Origin: Brevinematales bacterium
GTDB lineage: Bacteria > Spirochaetota > Brevinematia > Brevinematales > JAOACQ01
Direction of reading: 5' to 3'
Assembly (NCBI GenBank): GCA_020052515.1
Contig: JAGVOW010000064.1
Location: forward strand, 3,862-67,861
Length of the DNA stretch: 64,000 nt
Shown: positions 62,582-64,000 of the stretch, one piece after another
Position numbering within the stretch: position 1 is the first letter of the stretch
Layout: each line of letters opens with the position of its first letter
Notes under the pieces: generated by a model
The model's database searches: none
Seen by the model: the letters and a program-made list of their open reading frames with translations, nothing else
Told to the model about the DNA's origin: nothing
Position numbers and translations under genes: made by a program

Positions 62582-63382
62582 TCATATTTCGATTTCATTG
62601 CCCGTACTGTAATAAAAAACATTGGTTTTAAAGGCGTTTTTCAGAACAGAGTAGGGGTCAATTCCGGTGCAGTGGCAGGCGCCTATCCGGCCGATTTTAT
62701 ATTCCAGGAGCTTGCCGGATAGTTTGCCGATAAAATCAGCGCTTGAGTCTTTAATATGAAATCCGCCCAGAACGAGGCCAACGGGCAAATCAAAATAGGC
62801 GATTGCGGAGTCAATCATATTCGAAATGCCTCTGTGAGAGCAGGCGCTGATAATATTGATCTTGTCGCCGCTTTTATAAGCTATGAATTGTTCGTCTGAA
62901 AAGGTGTCTTCCGAGAAACCGGCATCCGATTGAATAAAGAAATTTTGAAAATGGGTGTCCCAGGTGTTTTTAAGCGGAATAACGGAAATAAGGAAAAAAT
63001 CTTGAAAAAGTTCAATGTTTTCTTTTACAACCCGGATTCTGCTGTCAAACAGGCCGGGATTGTATGGTGTGCCGATGAATCGGGTTTTATTTTTATACTT
63101 TGGGGCAAAGAAGCCCTCTTTGACGTAAATATTTGCTTTATCGTTCATTCGGCAGAAAGCCTCAAGCCCTCCGGTGTGGTCATAATGCCCATGGCTTAAT
63201 ACAACCGTATCAACTGCTGATAAATCTATTCCAAGAACTTCCGCGTTTTCCATGAAGCGGCCGCTCTGACCGGTATCGAATAAAATCCTGCGCTGATCCA
63301 TTTCGATATACAAAGATAAACCATGCTCCGCTGTTAGTTTCTGTCCATAAACGACGTTGTCCATTAGACAAGTTATCCTCAT
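62582..63382 (-). CDS. MBL-fold metal-dependent hydrolase (COG1237-like)
   Basis: N-terminal CLMDN..., then LSLYIE....ILFDTGQSG, and the metal motif LSHGHYDHTGGL. Confidence 0.78.
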   Translation of the reverse strand: MRITCLMDNVVYGQKLTAEHGLSLYIEMDQRRILFDTGQSGRFMENAEVLGIDLSAVDTVVLSHGHYDHTGGLEAFCRMNDKANIYVKEGFFAPKYKNKTRFIGTPYNPGLFDSRIRVVKENIELFQDFFLISVIPLKNTWDTHFQNFFIQSDAGFSEDTFSDEQFIAYKSGDKINIISACSHRGISNMIDSAIAYFDLPVGLVLGGFHIKDSSADFIGKLSGKLLEYKIGRIGACHCTGIDPYSVLKNAFKTNVFYYSTGNEIEI

Positions 63383-63392
63383 TTAATTTACC

Positions 63393-63824
63393 TCACATAC
63401 TATTTGTTTTCCAGCTCATTACTGTTTTTGATAATTTGAGTTTTTCATACACACCTTCCGGAATCCGCACCGGCCTCTTCGCTTCCTTTGTCAAAAAGCA
63501 ATGTTCGGTATAGCCGTAGCACAGCAGATCATTTTCATTCCTGAAGATAAGATAATCCGCGCGGATTTTCGCGTATGAAATCCTGGAAAAAGCCGCGTGA
63601 ATCTCTATTTCATCATCGAAATAGGCCGGGGAAACATATTTTGTAACAACCTTGGTTACCGGCAGTATATATCCTTTTGTCTCCAGCTCCCGGTAATTTA
63701 TTCCGCACTCGCGGAAGAGGTTCATCCTCGCAAGTTCCATCCAGACAATGTGGTTTGAATGGTGGATAAATCCCATCTGGTCGCTTTCTTCATAGCGCGC
63801 GCGGATTTTTGTAATCTTTACCAT
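63393..63824 (-). CDS. Acyl-CoA thioesterase, YbgC/4HBT (hotdog) family
   Basis: N-terminal VRARYEESDQMGFIHHSNHIVWMELAR, which carries the catalytic Asp context of 4HBT-type thioesterases. 143 aa. Confidence 0.8.
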   Translation of the reverse strand: MVKITKIRARYEESDQMGFIHHSNHIVWMELARMNLFRECGINYRELETKGYILPVTKVVTKYVSPAYFDDEIEIHAAFSRISYAKIRADYLIFRNENDLLCYGYTEHCFLTKEAKRPVRIPEGVYEKLKLSKTVMSWKTNSM

Positions 63825-63848
63825 TTTATGCCTCTTACTGATATTATT

Positions 63849-64000
63849 TCAATTTTTTTTCTTTATTTCACCAGTTTCCGGTGTCGTTAACATGTCGTAA
63901 AATTTTACGAAATTATCTTTATCCGCAGTATCCCTGAACGCAATAGCTGCCCGGGGGTGTTCATTCAGCATACCGGATATCATGTGCGGAATAATATAAC
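63849..64000 (-). CDS. C-terminal fragment of an unidentified protein (gene enters from the right edge)
   Basis: My own minus-strand translation reads ...YIIPHMISGMLNEHPRAAIAFRDTADKDNFVKFYDMLTTPETGEIKKKN-stop (TGA, complement at 63849-63851). The stop lies 24 nt upstream of the thioesterase start. Only about 49 codons are visible. Confidence 0.35.
   Translation of the reverse strand, partial: YIIPHMISGMLNEHPRAAIAFRDTADKDNFVKFYDMLTTPETGEIKKKN

Noticed and set aside
1-64000. Prophage, integrative element, defence island, toxin-antitoxin pairs, retron or CRISPR-Cas anywhere in the window
   Set aside because: I could recognise no integrase, transposase, recombinase, reverse transcriptase, phage structural gene, restriction-modification gene, cas gene or other defence-associated motif. 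Gene content is housekeeping and envelope, with uniform composition by eye. Small ORFs under 60 aa were only checked in the larger spacers.

Overview
This is an AT-rich chromosomal segment (by eye about 60% A+T) from a diderm (Gram-negative-type) bacterium. I cannot name the taxon from sequence alone. It holds about 60 tightly packed genes using the standard genetic code, mostly housekeeping and envelope functions:
- Replication and recombination: dnaE and dnaX-ybaB-recR.
- Envelope and lipid: rodZ-rimO-pgsA-pgpA, an M23/LysM peptidase, a PAP2 phosphatase, and many signal-peptide, lipoprotein and beta-barrel proteins.
- Transport: a MacB/LolCDE-like ABC system with a LolA-like protein and a beta-barrel protein, oppC/oppD/oppF, Na+/H+ and Ca2+/cation antiporters, and an OMP-znuA-znuC-znuB-zur zinc operon.
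- Metabolism and signalling: glgB, folP, birA, a trehalose module (GH15 hydrolase plus a fused otsA-otsB), and a polytopic chemoreceptor.

I found no rRNA, tRNA, CRISPR array, cas gene, transposase, integrase, phage gene or recognisable defence gene. The window looks like core genome rather than an accessory island.

The observations I rate highest are:
1. Two adjacent, apparently co-transcribed CHASE2 class III cyclases carry reciprocal catalytic-residue substitutions. One lacks a metal-binding Asp and the other lacks the Asn/Arg pair. This predicts an obligate heterodimer with a single active site, like the mammalian C1/C2 arrangement.
2. At least three families of GC-rich palindromic extragenic elements sit at gene boundaries. 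Two families show compensatory base changes, and one composite copy looks MITE-like.
3. A 23-bp perfect palindrome (candidate Zur operator) lies in front of a zinc operon that begins with a small acidic beta-barrel outer-membrane protein (OMP).
4. A five-gene operon couples two paralogous N-domain-plus-barrel proteins to two cation antiporters and trehalose synthesis.

All coordinates and motif positions were counted by hand. Family assignments rest on motifs I can read in the translations, not on database searches.
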